Assembly: GCA_001949185.1 (NCBI GenBank)
Contig: BDGG01000003.1
Span: forward strand, 1,400,725 to 1,464,724
DNA: 64,000 nucleotides
Source of the DNA: Ramazzottius varieornatus
Lineage: Eukaryota > Animalia > Tardigrada
Direction of reading: 5' to 3'
Position 1 is the first letter of the stretch. Each line of letters begins with the position of its first letter. A program made the translations under genes and the position numbers. This document shows, piece by piece, positions 13,388 through 26,225 of the stretch. Below the pieces are notes generated by a model. It searched no databases and was not told the origin of the DNA. It saw nothing but the letters and a program-made list of their open reading frames with translations.

Positions 13388-14942
13388 ATGTTGCTATCAA
13401 AATTATCCCCTCGAAGCATGGCCCAGACTGCCTCGAATGCTGCTCGCAGCATGTCGTCCGAAGCCAGCTTTCAAGTCAAAGACTACAAGCTACACAAGCT
13501 CGAGCAAGGCCCATCCACCAATGTGACCGTCACCCGCGACGACGCTCTGAAGTATTACCACGACATGGTCCGTGTTCGAAGGATGGAAACTGCAGCTAGT
13601 AATATGTACAAGGAAAAGATCATCCGAGGGTTTTGTCATCTTTATTCTGGCCAGGAAGCCTGTGCCGTAGGTAAGCGAAGCGCAAGCTCGGTGTCAGAAA
13701 ATCGCGTTGGATGATACGCCTGACGTCACACTGTGATTGGCTTCACAACTGCCCTTAACGTCTTGGTCTGTTATTTTTTGTTTACGTCATACGCTGCTTT
13801 TAGTCTTGATGATGTTCCACTTTTGCTGAAGCGTTGGCCGTGGGTTCGATACAATACTCCGACTCAATTTTGGCTCCTTTTTCCAGGTATCGAGGCAGCT
13901 ATCCGGAGAGACGATGCAGTCATCACGGCATACCGCGCTCACGGTTGGACATTAACGCGAGGTGCTACGATGACTCAGGTACTTGCTGAACTGACGGGGA
14001 GGCAGTCGGGTGTCCAGTACGGCAAAGGTGGCTCCATGCATATGTACCTACCCAACTTCTACGGAGGCAACGGTATCGTCGGTGCTCAGATCCCACTTGG
14101 AACCGGCATTGCCCTAGCTTTGAAGTACAAGAAAACGGATAATCTTTGTGTAACTCTGTACGGTGATGGAGCAGCTAACCAGGGCCAGGTCTTCGAAGCG
14201 TATAACATGGCCGCTTTGTGGAAACTTCCGGTAATTTATGTCTGTGAGAATAACGGGTTCGGGATGGGTACTAGTGCTGAAAGATCGTCGGCATCGACTG
14301 CTTACTACACTCGTGGTGATTACATACCAGGTAAAGTTCGAGAATCAAACGAAACTTATGTAAATAAACTCGTCCAGATAGTTCTGTCAAGTGCCGCACG
14401 GTCGCAGTCAGAAGCACCGGACGTCTGCGCCACTGAGAAAACTAGCCTCGTCAACTTTGGACTTGTCCAGATGTGACGAGATTTTGAAGTTTCTAATCTC
14501 GACAGGTATTTGGGTCGATGCAATGGACGTCCTTGCTATGCGAGAAGCTACCCACTTTGCAGCCGAACACTGTCGGACAGGAAAGGGTCCGATCGTTCTC
14601 GAAGCAGCCACCTACCGATACTATGGTCATTCCATGTCAGATCCCGGTACCAGTTACCGAAAGCGCGAGCAGGTGGAGGAAGTTCGAAAGAGTCGGGATC
14701 CCATAGCGCATTTCAAGGACCGTCTACTGTCTTCTGGTCTGTCGACTGAAGAAGAGCTGAAATCGATTGAGCAGGACGTGGTGAAGGAGGTAGCGGAAGC
14801 GGTACAAATAGCCAAGTCCGACAAGGAACTTCCACCGGACGAACTGTGGACCGATGTATATCCCGATAATGACCAGTTCAAATTCCGAGGTGTCACGCCC
14901 ATGAGTATAAAGCAAGGAAGGAAGTCGGCCAGACAACAATAA
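13388..14942 (+). CDS. PDHA1: Pyruvate dehydrogenase E1 alpha subunit, mitochondrial; 3 exons
   Basis: [31 protein letters not shown] (TPP motif) and [10 protein letters not shown]; Arg/Ser-rich presequence; introns at about 13670-13886 and 14331-14505. Confidence 0.97.
14391..14433. repeat. Intronic palindrome copy 5
   Basis: gtgccgca(14398)-27 nt-(14426)tgcgccactgagaaaac, in PDHA1 intron 2. Confidence 0.8.
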
Positions 14943-15196
14943 AAATAATTGGTTTCTTTGTCGTGTGGTTGTGTTGTGGTGTCGCTGTGCGTTACTTTGT
15001 CTCGATGAAATAGTACGAGTCTGATCAGATCTCGTAGTCTGGATATGTTTTACAGAGTTTTATCTGTCGTATAAAGGCGTGATCTTGCGTTGGGGAACCA
15101 GCCATCAAGCACTGCGAAGATGGGTAAATTTTGTGAAATCGTCAAAATGGGCAATGGTGTTACCGCGTTCATTGCTATAGTACAGTACAAATGTTG

Positions 15197-15294
15197 ACAG
15201 TGCATCCCTTTCGGTGGTCACGTGGTCTTGTAACTCCGATCAATGGTGACTAACGTCACGTGACGACCGGAAGGAATCCATTTTCAGCACTGTA
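15197..15294. repeat. Small intergenic foldback
   Basis: atccctttcggtggtcacgtg ... cacgtgacgaccggaaggaat form imperfect inverted arms, with outer acagtgc/gcactgt. Confidence 0.5.
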
Positions 15295-17912
15295 GTGAGG
15301 TCACAAGAGTAATCAGATGGTAAAAGGTAGCGCATGTGCTAGGTCGCTGGTAGAGCTCTACTAGAAGTACAATGGTCGACAAAATGAGCTTTCAAGAATG
15401 GGTGTCAATGGAACCAGCTGGACACTGCGAATCAACTTTGCGCTTCGGCTTAAAAATGACGTTGATTCGTCGTCCGTCTTCAGGACGCTCCGCCCATTTT
15501 TGGAAGCATATTTTGTCGTGCACTGTAAGACCAAGATGACCACTGGAGGCAGGGTGGTTGCCTCACCAAAAAGTTCGTCTCACCACGGCACAGACCGATA
15601 CCAGAATGTGGACAAACATGGCTGCGTGTTGCGTCACTCTGAGGACCGTTCCACCAGTTGCAAAGGTCTGCGGTGCAAAAACAAGTCGATATCCCTCCTT
15701 CGCTTTTACGCTTAGTTCGGTCCTATCTCACTTCCACTGTTCAAACGAAAACGGAATCGTAATGCGCAGTTACCCAGAAGGGCGGTTCCGGGCAACACTC
15801 AATCAAGCATTTCAGTTGGCACCGCAAGAAAGTGAAGAAACCGACGAATGGCTCAGGTTCTGCATCTAATTGGCCTCGTTATCCGGTTTATCGTTATTAA
15901 CTTTGGATTGTGTCGGACAGAATCGAAGGAATTTGGGTTAATGCTGAAATTTCTTCCAAGCTTTGAACAATCTGTTAAATTTTGCCTCCAGAACTCAAGT
16001 AGCCACCTGACCACTGGTCAGACGTCCAGATGAACCCCAGCATCGCGTTCCTCGATGTCTGTTACACCAGATAGCAACAGCAGTTTAACTTTGCCCTTGG
16101 GTCCCAAAACTTGAAAGTTGATTCCTGATCAATGTGACTGGCGATCGTTAGGCCGCAAATTGGGCATACAATATGAATGACGCAGACTGCACATGCAGCA
16201 AGCAATCCTCCGATGATCCGATCTATCCAGATTGTCACAGTCTGCTCACTCATATACAGACTTTCCCCGTCGCTCTCATGCAGCGAACTTCACGTTCGAA
16301 GATTTCCGCAAATGAAGACTGAATCCTCTAACTTGGTAAAGGCTGGTTTGCAGTCTAGATCCGCCGAGTATCGAAAACGAACCCTGAATTACCTGCGCAG
16401 CGGTCCTTCTTATCGTCGACTCTAGCACCAAAGCGGCCAAGATCATCAACACACATTTCGCATGCCATATTCCGTCTGTTTTTGAACCTCAGCGAGCAGA
16501 CTGCTGCATATCTCATCTGAGTTCGTCGCCGGGCACAGTACAAGCAAGGAAATTGCGATGTCGATATATACAGTCCATATAGGCACTGGGATGGTTCACT
16601 ACAAACAAACCCTATCAACTATTTTTGCACATTCCTCCTTCTGGAGTCCCACTTCCTGGTACGCACCGCCGACTTTGGCTAGGCGTTAAAAGTCTGCTAA
16701 AGCTTACCGTTTTCAGCTATAAATTAAGTTAGCTGACAACGTTTGTGCCGGGCGAAATTTTGTCTCGAGTCCTCAAAAGGTCTCACTGTCTAATTTTCTC
16801 GGCAGACAAAATTTGGCCGTTGTCTTTTGCTTATGCGGAAGATCGCGACTTTTGCATACGCAGAAAGCTTTATTAATACCTCGCGACACGCCATCGCTTG
16901 ACCTCACTACCCGCCATCACACTCAGCTCACCTCGCTCAGTGTCCATTAAGATACGAACAGAATAGAGATTCGAAAGGGTTCATCAGGATACGGCAGAAA
17001 ACTACGCTCATGAGAAATCAAGCTGTTAGGTCTGAGAGGAATACTTCTTTTCGAGGTCCACTTTGCAAGGAAAATCTTTACGCCACATGTTCTTGTATTC
17101 CTGCAGCGACTTCAGCTTGGCTTCCTTCCACTTGTCACCAGCTGAGGCCTTCTCCTTTCGTTCACGAACTCTGCAGATGTGACCTCCGAAAAGAACGGAC
17201 GGTAAAGTCAGGTGAGACAACCGAGCTGCATCACCGTCAGTTTGCCACCCACTATTATCATGTTTTTTTGTCACTACCGTAGACATCTCTGAAGTTGTTT
17301 TCACCGAACAGCTTGACGAAACCACCTCGCACCTCGCAAGGTCAAAAGATCGAGCAGAGGGTCGCTAAAGCACCTGGAGATTTACAGGGTCCTTTCGTCT
17401 GTTTCGTGAGCGCCCGGAGCACTTTCCTGAAGAATGGTAGATCAAGAGGGTCAGCCACGATCATCTGGATACATACAGGGCCCTTCGCCCAGTAGAAATT
17501 GGCCAGATTCTACTTGCAAAAGACAATTCAATCGCGTGGATGAGTCGGTCTGAAACCAAAACGATATGATCGCGAACGACGTTGAAGTTGGAGTAGCAAC
17601 GTCCCAAAATTTTTTGATTGCGTTCGAGATCCCTCCATTAATGCAAGGAACGTTCAAAAGCGTTTGAGGACTTTGTTTTGTGGAATGCGTTCTGGTAAAA
17701 GCGATGGAGATGAAAGAAGTTACTGCACCAACCGACCAACGCAGCGCTCATCTGCTTGAGTTAATTTTTATCAACCCTGAAAACTGACGACCCATGCGAA
17801 AAGTTTACATAAAGTCCATCACTTCTCTAGCGTGATAAAATCTCTCGCGATGAATCTACCAGGAAAGAACTCAGAACCGCCAAGAAAACGGGGCGAGCTT
17901 ACATCCGGTAAT

Positions 17913-20900
17913 CTATGTCTGCAAATTCTCCCCCACGAAAGCTGCATTTGAATAGGAAACATCTCTGGGTGAACGACTAGGTGAAAGATTGCTGGGGTAC
18001 GCTGGGATACCGGGTGGCGAAGCCACCTTCTGCATGGTGGCCAAAGTGGGTGCAGACACCACACGACCCAAACCTTCCATACCGTTCCACCACGCTTCGT
18101 CCTTATTAGCCAAAAGCGACTTCTCTACGGCTTGATGTGTGACTGACGTCTGCAACCACTTGTACTTCTCGCTCAGCTTGCCGAATATCAGGAAATCTAT
18201 CACAATCTTCTCGAACAAAAGCGCGACCACGGCGTTGGCTACCACGATGCCAAGGTAGATCAGACGCTTGTTCCAACTTTCCGGCGGCAATAACTATCAA
18301 AAGCAAAGCACGCTATCAGAAAACACCATTAAAATAGGACACAGGTGTAAATCAAGCAAAGTTATTAAGTTATGGCCCTTTCTCTAGAGATGGCAAAAGT
18401 GTGATTCACCGAAATTTACCGATACTAAATCGAACTTTTCGATTTGGTACCGAAATTTACCGGTCAAAATTACTCGTGTGGACCTCACACTTTTTTTCTG
18501 ATTCGGTGTGAGGATTTACCAGATCGAAAAATACCAAATCGAACTTAATCACACCTTTGCCGTCTCTACGGCGGCTTTCTCTACACTGCGTACAATAAGA
18601 GCTTACAAAGACTAAGCTGGCTTGGTGGTGTAATTACACCAACTACTTTAGTGGATACGGGTGTGGGTGGAGCCAATTCCACCAGCGGTGTAATCAATCT
18701 TTGTAAGCCCTTACTGTGTCGTAATTCAACTTTGGAATTTCCGTATGCAGCATATGGGTGCAATGTCACTAGCTACGTGTTTGCCATCACAAGCTCTATT
18801 TTCACAAACTTCTGTATTGAGGATACGTACCTCTAAAACTCCTCGAATCGGCGCTGTCGGACCAAGAAGCATCATCAAGTTGAAACCGATCATGACTGCG
18901 GCGCAAAGGCAAAATATCTCTGCAGTGAGAACATGCGTGAGTAATGGTGAAAGTGTTGGTGAAGGTACGTAGTGAATAATTACTGTTTTTATAGAGTCGT
19001 TGTCGGTATGGAAGACCTTTGGCGAAAGCGACAGCCAGCCAGATGTACTGGAAGGTGCTGACGGTAAACACGGCAAAGTTCTCTTTGGAGTAGAACGGCG
19101 GGCTGCCCGAGTGGTTCGGGTACATGATCTCGTACGATGTGTTGTCCTTCTCGGAATAGGCCATAAAGAAAACGGCCAGTTGGGTTCCACATGCAAGGAA
19201 GACTTGGGAGAAGACAGAGAAGAGCGGGACGAAGGCTATGAGACTGGTCGGTGGCGGACGACGCGCAAGGCGCGTGTAGGCCTTCGACCGCCCAAAAGCG
19301 GCACTTAAAATTAGAACTTGAAAAAAGTCAATGTATAAAAATTGCAAATCCGACAAGTTTGTCCCAATCTGAAAACAATGCCGGTGCAAATCTTGCTCAC
19401 TTCAGAAAATAATGCTTTCGCAATCCAATGATATTTTGCTTACCGAATAGAGCAGAATTACAGTGAAAAATTGGGCCAGGCTGTATCCAGCCATATATTT
19501 GAAAATCTGAAACCAAAAGAGTCGTTAAACTCCGTAAGGGATTTATTCCAGCACATGTTGTTCGAGGACGTCCTACCCCAAAAGATGTGACCAAAGCTGC
19601 CCGACCTTCCTTGAGAACATGCGGTACGCACTCGATACTTCCGGTACATGCCGTGAACGGCGCGGCAGCAGCTGCTTCGGATTCTGACAATGAGACTCCA
19701 GTGTGCGCTGCCTTCAACGCCTGCAAGAGACAACAAGATGCTGTACAACGCGGAGATGGTTTTTGTGTTGTGGGTAGTGGGCAGGAGACTAGAGGACTCC
19801 AAAGAGACGTTTTTATTTTCTAAATCCTAACAAGGGAAAAACTGTGTCCTCCTAACTTGTCGATTTGGATTTAGTTTCCTGTTTTCTTTGCTGTCTTCTC
19901 TTAAAAGAAAAGTTGTTCGTTTGAACAAAGCATCTTCACAGATGCTGTATGATCCCTCAGACGGTTAATAAGAGCCAGATTACCCCAACGTCGTTCGCGC
20001 CGTCGCCGCACATGGCCACATAAAACCCGGCCTTTTGCAACTCTTCGACCAGCCTTTCCTTGTCCACCGGGGACATTCTAGCAAAGACGGTACCAGTGGC
20101 CAGGAGTTTCTTCAAAACTTCGGGCTGCTGTGTCCGAATAGCGCCGAATGACTCTCCGCTAACAGCTAGGTGCTGGTAAGGTAGATTGATAACCGTAGAA
20201 GAGGGAGCAGCTTGAGGAGCTGTAAGAATCTGAAACTGAAGGTCGTCACTTGCGACTTTGTGCGAATGACTCCAGTGGGTAACGTCAGCATTCGCTGTGA
20301 CCATTTGGACATCGTCCGTCTCCTTTACCATTCCGCACTCGCCTAAAACGCATTCAGAATTTCACATCAAAGCTAGGAAATGCGGGAAAGTCAGACGGTG
20401 GGCCCTTACGTGCGACGGAAATAGCGGTGTGCATATTGTCTCCAGTGACCATAATACAGCGAATATTGGCTTGCTGAAGTTCTTTCAAGACGGTCGGAGT
20501 GTCTGACTTCAGTCGGTTCTCCATCACGATGAACCCGGCAAAGAATAGACCGACGTCCAGTTCTTCCCTTTTGATCTTGGCGATTTTGTCAAACTTCATA
20601 TCTTGCAGACTCTTCCAAGCTACCGCGAGGACTCGACTTCCGCGTTGGGTGAAGACGTCCAGCTGCTCCTGAAAATCCTCTGGAACTATAACCAAAGAAT
20701 CCAACCACAATCCATCAATCAACAGATCTCACTAAGTCAGGAAAAGGTACAAAACAAAACAGCAAACAATCTACCAATCAACCGAATGAAGAAAGTTACT
20801 TGATTCGATCTGACATAGTGTTATGATTTTCTCCGGTGCGCCTTTGGCCAAATAGATAAAATGGTCATCCCCGATCCTTCTGACCACCGTGCTCATTCGC

Positions 20901-23341
20901 TGTAGATCCGACGAGAAAGGAAAATCCCTCACAATGCCCAAAGTTTCTTTCCCATGCGACATGATGGCCGACGCCATCAAGCCAAACCGCGTAGCAGATT
21001 CCTCCACGGTCTCATCACTATCGTCCAGTGTCCAACCAGTGGCGTTGAACATGATGAGATCCACTGGGTCGCCGGAGAGCTTTCCCTGAAGAATTGTTAA
21101 GGAATGGCAGGCAACCATGCAGAACTTCAAGAAACTATCTGGCAGGTCCGCTGGGTGTTCAAGTGCTTCGGTGAAGTCACCGTTGACGGAAGGTACGACA
21201 CACTTGAGTTCGAGACCTTCCTGCGTTAGCGTTCCTGTCTTGAAAAAAAACAACACTTTTTACACCCGTGGACAGCACAATGAATGGATTTATCGTACCT
21301 TGTCGAAACAGACGAGATTGATACTTCCGCAAACGTTGATGGCTCGTGGACTAAGACAGAATATGCGAGATTGTTTCAAACGCCGTTGTGCGTACACAAC
21401 TCCCACTGTGAAAACAAATCATTGGAGTAAATCGTGGAAATAAATTCAGCTTGAAAACTTTCGTACCGGACAGAGCAGCCGGAAGCGCTGGAGGAACAGC
21501 AATTGTAATCACATCCAACGAGCTGAAATAAAAGGGTACTTATCCGAAAGTTCGTCGTTCCCAAACGAAAAGGTTTCGGTGTATTTGGACGTACCGGATA
21601 ATTATTTCGCTGACATTTTGGCCGCGCATCGTCTACAAGTTAAACCGAAGAACTCTTGTATAAACCCGCTCAGAACGGACGATAAAAACATACCCTCAAG
21701 ATGGCTGAATAGATCATGCCGCAAAAGGCAATGCTGGCCAGAAGGCCAATAAAATAATACGTATGCCGATAAAACGTAAAATCCACCGGTTTCGGGAACA
21801 TGATCGAGCGGATCAACGCTCCCTTACTCGTCGCAAAACCTACAAAGAACAAATAGGCAACCAATTCTGTAAAAATTATTTCCTTGGAAGTATACCTGTG
21901 CGGAGAACTACAGCGGTTACTGGATGGCCTTTCTCACTCGGCCGCGTCTGGAGAACCTTGGTTCCGCTGTGAAGGATATGGCGCTGATAGGCCTTCATGG
22001 TAAAGGGACCTCCACCATCTGGGATGGCCGCTTTAACGACTGGAACACTCTCCCCTGTAAACAACCAAGCGTGAAGTTCGTTCAGGCATTTTTCCGGTTA
22101 TGGGACAAAGTGAATGTTTGCATTTGTGTACCAACCAGTAAGTGCCGCTTCGTCAACTATGGCAGTGCCGTCAACCACCACCGCGTCGCACATGACTTCG
22201 CATCCATGCTGGGGAATGTGAATGATGTCACCGGGGACCAGCATCTCGCTGCTGATGGTCTCCACCTTGTTGCCGTCTCGAACGACTTCTACCATTTCGT
22301 TCCCGTGGACGCGATCGCGGAGCATTCTTTGCAATTTACGCGTTTCGTAGACCGTCATACTGAGCGACACTAGCGTCGTCACGAAAATCGCACCCGCGTA
22401 ATAGTAATACCTAAAGAAGCAAAAATTACCTCAGGGACAATTCTGAGACAGCAAACGAATATTCACCCGTACGAACACCAGAGAGACATGCTGAAAACTT
22501 GAAAGATGTAAAAGGGATTAATGACCTACGAAGAATATCAACTTGATTAGAAGCGAACAATTTTGTCGAGATGCTTTGGTAGTACTGTAAGATGGCGGTA
22601 CTCGTACCCCCTCCCATAGTATGGTGCCGATAGATGTGATGGGAATTTCAATGGTATTAGGACGGTAAAGAAGCAACTTCCGGGCATACTCTTCGGAGGT
22701 AACAGGCTTGTTGGTGTCAAAGTACGACAAGTCCAGACCTTTGTCAAGTCCGAGTAGTTTCTCGAAGGCCGCCTTGTCTGCATTCCAAATGTACCGGATC
22801 TGTCTGTCGTCAAAGTAGGTGAGCTCTGCAGAATCTTTGTCGCGCTTCAGCCTTCGGATGTCCGTCACGAATTTTTGACCGTACACATCCTGGAAAGAAA
22901 TCAGTCTAAATATAGAAGTACAGGGAAAGGCGCAATTCGATACGAATCAGGAAAAATGCAAGACCTGCAGCAGAATTGTGGTAGCTCTCTCCAGGGCGCA
23001 TCGCGAGTGTGTGGAGTACAGCATCCATTGGTGGATCCAGTAAAACACCAAGCGGAGAACACCCAAGCTCAAGAAAATTGCAATCCATGTTAGCACAGTC
23101 TTCGGAACGTTCCTTCTGTAGCCAGCAATGATCTAAAGAATAGAGAACAATGGAATGAACCGTTTGGTTGGGACCGTTGGGTGAAATCGAAGAGAGCTGA
23201 TTCCAGCCTTCGAAGTCAAGGTTCACTGGTTCGAGGTGGAGATTTAATCAAAATCCAGAAACACACCAGCTCATCTTCTTCTCCAGAGTTCAAGAAAATT
23301 TTGCTATCCCGATCATCAGCTTTGATCGTGAACCTGCCCAT
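17913..23341 (-). CDS. P5B-type ATPase (ATP13A2/3/4/5 family); multi-exon
   Basis: VDEAALTG|ESVPV, PPALP, the intron-split phosphorylation motif CFDK|[41 protein letters not shown] and [11 protein letters not shown]. Confidence 0.95.
18385..18568. mobile_element. MITE with hAT-like TAGAG terminus, in the last ATP13A intron
   Basis: Terminal inverted repeats tagagatggcaaaagtgtgatt / aatcacacctttgccgtctcta; internal accgaaatttacc repeats; no clean target-site duplication. Confidence 0.75.
18596..18713. mobile_element. Second small MITE-like foldback in the same intron
   Basis: taagagcttacaaaga / tctttgtaagccctta inverted termini. Confidence 0.6.
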
Positions 23342-24088
23342 CAGGAGGGACAAGCGCAGCAAGTTGCCGTCAAAATCCGACGCTTCGTTGAGTGGATTGT
23401 ACGCAAACTGGCTGCTTCGCACATTCACGTTCCACTTTATTTTACTGAATGTTCTGCAAACCAGAAAGTAGCTCTACTGATACACTTTTTTCGCTGAGGT
23501 AAATACAGACAGAAATAAAAAACCTTCAAGTTTAGCAATAGTTTGTTTGAACGATGCCGACTTTCAACGCCTCACTCAGCTGTCACTCCACTTCAAGTTT
23601 AAACGTGCAACAACTTGTGACACTTACCTGTGCAAGTCCTCCACGATAACCGATGTGTAGCGTTACAACCAGGCCAGATATGAAGCGTTATCGAAGCAGA
23701 TTAATGGCAGCAAACCGTTTCTGAGGGTGCAATGTTTCTAGTAAAGATGAAAAGCGGACGTTCTAACCGGGTTGATTGAGAGCCTTGATTGAGCAAAGAA
23801 GCCCACACAGACTGGACAGGGCGGGGCATCTATTCGTCATTGCGGCCCTACACTTTAGTCTAGTTGATTGATGTACAGCAAAATAGTTGATTGAGTAGTA
23901 CAGCCGGAATTTCGCTCCAGTTTATCGATTTTCTTCTTTCTCTGCTGCTCCTGGTACTACATACAGTCCGTTCTAGTCGAGATAAGATTCTTTTAAGTAG
24001 TTCAGCAAACACTGCAGCCCTCAGTACATCATTCTGAAGATCTACTCCAGCTCCCACTCTGGGAATCAGGCACCAAGCAACTTTGAAG

Positions 24089-25217
24089 ATGACGTTCTAT
24101 CACTTGATCAACTGTGTGGCCCTTTCCGTGCTTCCTTACCTGGCCACCTACAAATTTTACAATCTGTAAGTTAAAGCTTCTAAGATCGAGGTTTGACAGT
24201 AGAGCTGCGGTACTACCGTGTCATTCTTGTTACTGCAGAGCGGAATACAGAGCTTTCTGGAAATGCGCCTACGCCGCGTTCGTCTTTCTCGCCTCACAGA
24301 TGGTGAAGATGTTGGTGCTCGCATCCTTGTTCCCAATTGCGGAAAATCCTACTATGACATTCACTCCCACCAGGTTATTCTACGTAAGTGTATGGGTTTT
24401 TTACGTAAGGAAGATTTCACCATGAAGCTACCAGACGTCCGTCGCCAGAATTACTGTATATTTTTATTTTAGTGTGTAGTCTTGTGACTTTCTTGACTCA
24501 AATCAGAATTTGCTTGATTGCTGCTTCCGGCCATTGGACCACAAGACCATACATCGCATTTCACTTCTCTGTTGGTTGTACAGGAAATCCTTCGGCATTC
24601 CGTCGACCTCATCGATTTGGCAGCTCTCAGCCATGTCGTAAATAAGCTGGCTCTGAAAGGAGACCTGAAGTTTGTAGCAAGCGGTCTTGGGTGGGCTTTC
24701 GCCGAGCTCGTCGCATTCCGACTGATGCCTTTTTGGTTAGAAGCCCGCGGTTCGGAGTTCAGCTGGATTCATCTCATGAGCGCCATGGAAGCTAACGTTA
24801 ACCTTGTACGTCCGTTGTATCCCTCTGCCTTTCTCGACAATGGCATACTTTTACAGTTTTCTTGTGTGTTAAGGTGTATTACATCGCTGTGGCTGCGCTG
24901 TTATGGTCCCTGTCCCGCAGTGACTTCAACAAGTCTCTTCAAGCTCCAGTTATCGGTTTGTTGGTCCTTAGCACCTACAAACCTGTCGTTCTGCAGTAAG
25001 TTCTCTAATTCTGTCTGTGAAGGACCGGTTACCCAAAGGAATGCAGTAAGAGCAAGTTTGCTGTCTTTTCAGGGTCTTGATGCAGGTTTTCCATCTTGGT
25101 GGTTGGTTCACTCTTTTCTGCAATGCTCTTTACAGCTGTTTCCTGGGCGTAGTAGCTCTGGGTCTTACTACTGCTTTAACTGAAACTTCGGTAAACGGTT
25201 ACGCCAAATCACAATAA
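24089..25217 (+). CDS. TMEM147: Transmembrane protein 147; multi-exon
   Basis: MTFYHLINCVAL, AEYRAFWKC, QMVKMLVLASLFP, GLGWAFAELV and FWLEARGSEFSW. Confidence 0.92.
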
Positions 25218-25382
25218 AGCATGACGTTTCTCGCTTTTAGTCGTTTTTGTCGTTGAACCAAGAGTTCTTTACCCTCAACTACAGTATAATCTACGCAATC
25301 TCGGTAGACCCAACCTAGCAAATAGTTGGAAAGCAACCTGCGGCGGAACCGATGGGACGCATGCATTGATATATTATAATTC

Positions 25383-26225
25383 CAGAGGTTGATACTCGCC
25401 TTGTTTAGTTTAGTATGTCCAATTAGCACAGTGGTCAGCCAATCAGCTCAAGCGATGGAGGCGGACCTGAACGCACTGAACCCACTATGCCATGCAAATA
25501 CCTGATCGGTGCTAAGCCCTGTTTAGTTAAAAGTGGTTAGTGGCCTAGTCATGTTCCACCGTGGTTATGGACTACTATGTAGCAGCCATGATGCTACTTG
25601 AATCCGTAAACTTTACCTGTCATCTACTTTACGGCAACTTTTGACTTTTTCGAATTTGTACCTAGTTTCGAATTTCTACCTCAGTCCCAGTCTCACTGGA
25701 AAATTTCGTTTTGCTTGTGTCACGATCGTNNNNNNNNNNNNNNNNNNNNNNNNNNNNNNNNNNNNNNNNNNNNNNNNNNTCTCACTGGAAAATTTCGTTT
25801 TGCTTGTTGTCACGATCGTTTCATCGACCCGGCCATAGTAGACAACTCGTGCATGAAACACAGAACCATAGCTGACTAGAAAACCAGCTCGGAATTCGAC
25901 GCCGCGTTGACAAATCGTCGCTAGCAGCTTCGGACACGATTCGGAAGCAGAATTCGAATGACAAAAGCGCTTTCTTTTCCGATGTAGAATACAGCGTCAA
26001 GACTACAGCTGAAACTGCAGTTTCCAAAATACTCCAGTCTGTGATTAAAACTACAGTTAAACCTACCGTCGATGTCAGCTTACTGGACGTGCACGCAGAG
26101 CTACGCTAATCCGAGCCTGGCATAACGGGTCGCAACCTCTGCGTGTATAGCGTAGCTGGTGGGCGGAGTCTGACTGCTGTGCTGATTCAAAACAGTAAAC
26201 TAAACCAGGCAAGTATCAACCTCTC
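25383..26225. mobile_element. Non-autonomous TIR element (contains a 50-N gap)
   Basis: About 55-bp imperfect inverted termini agaggttgatactcgccttgtttagttt... / ...aaactaaaccaggcaagtatcaacctct; no clear target-site duplication. Confidence 0.7.

Noticed and set aside
25690-25820. Direct repeat of about 39 bp flanking the 50-N gap
   Set aside because: Near-identical sequence on both sides of a gap is typical of overlapping contig ends, an assembly artefact.
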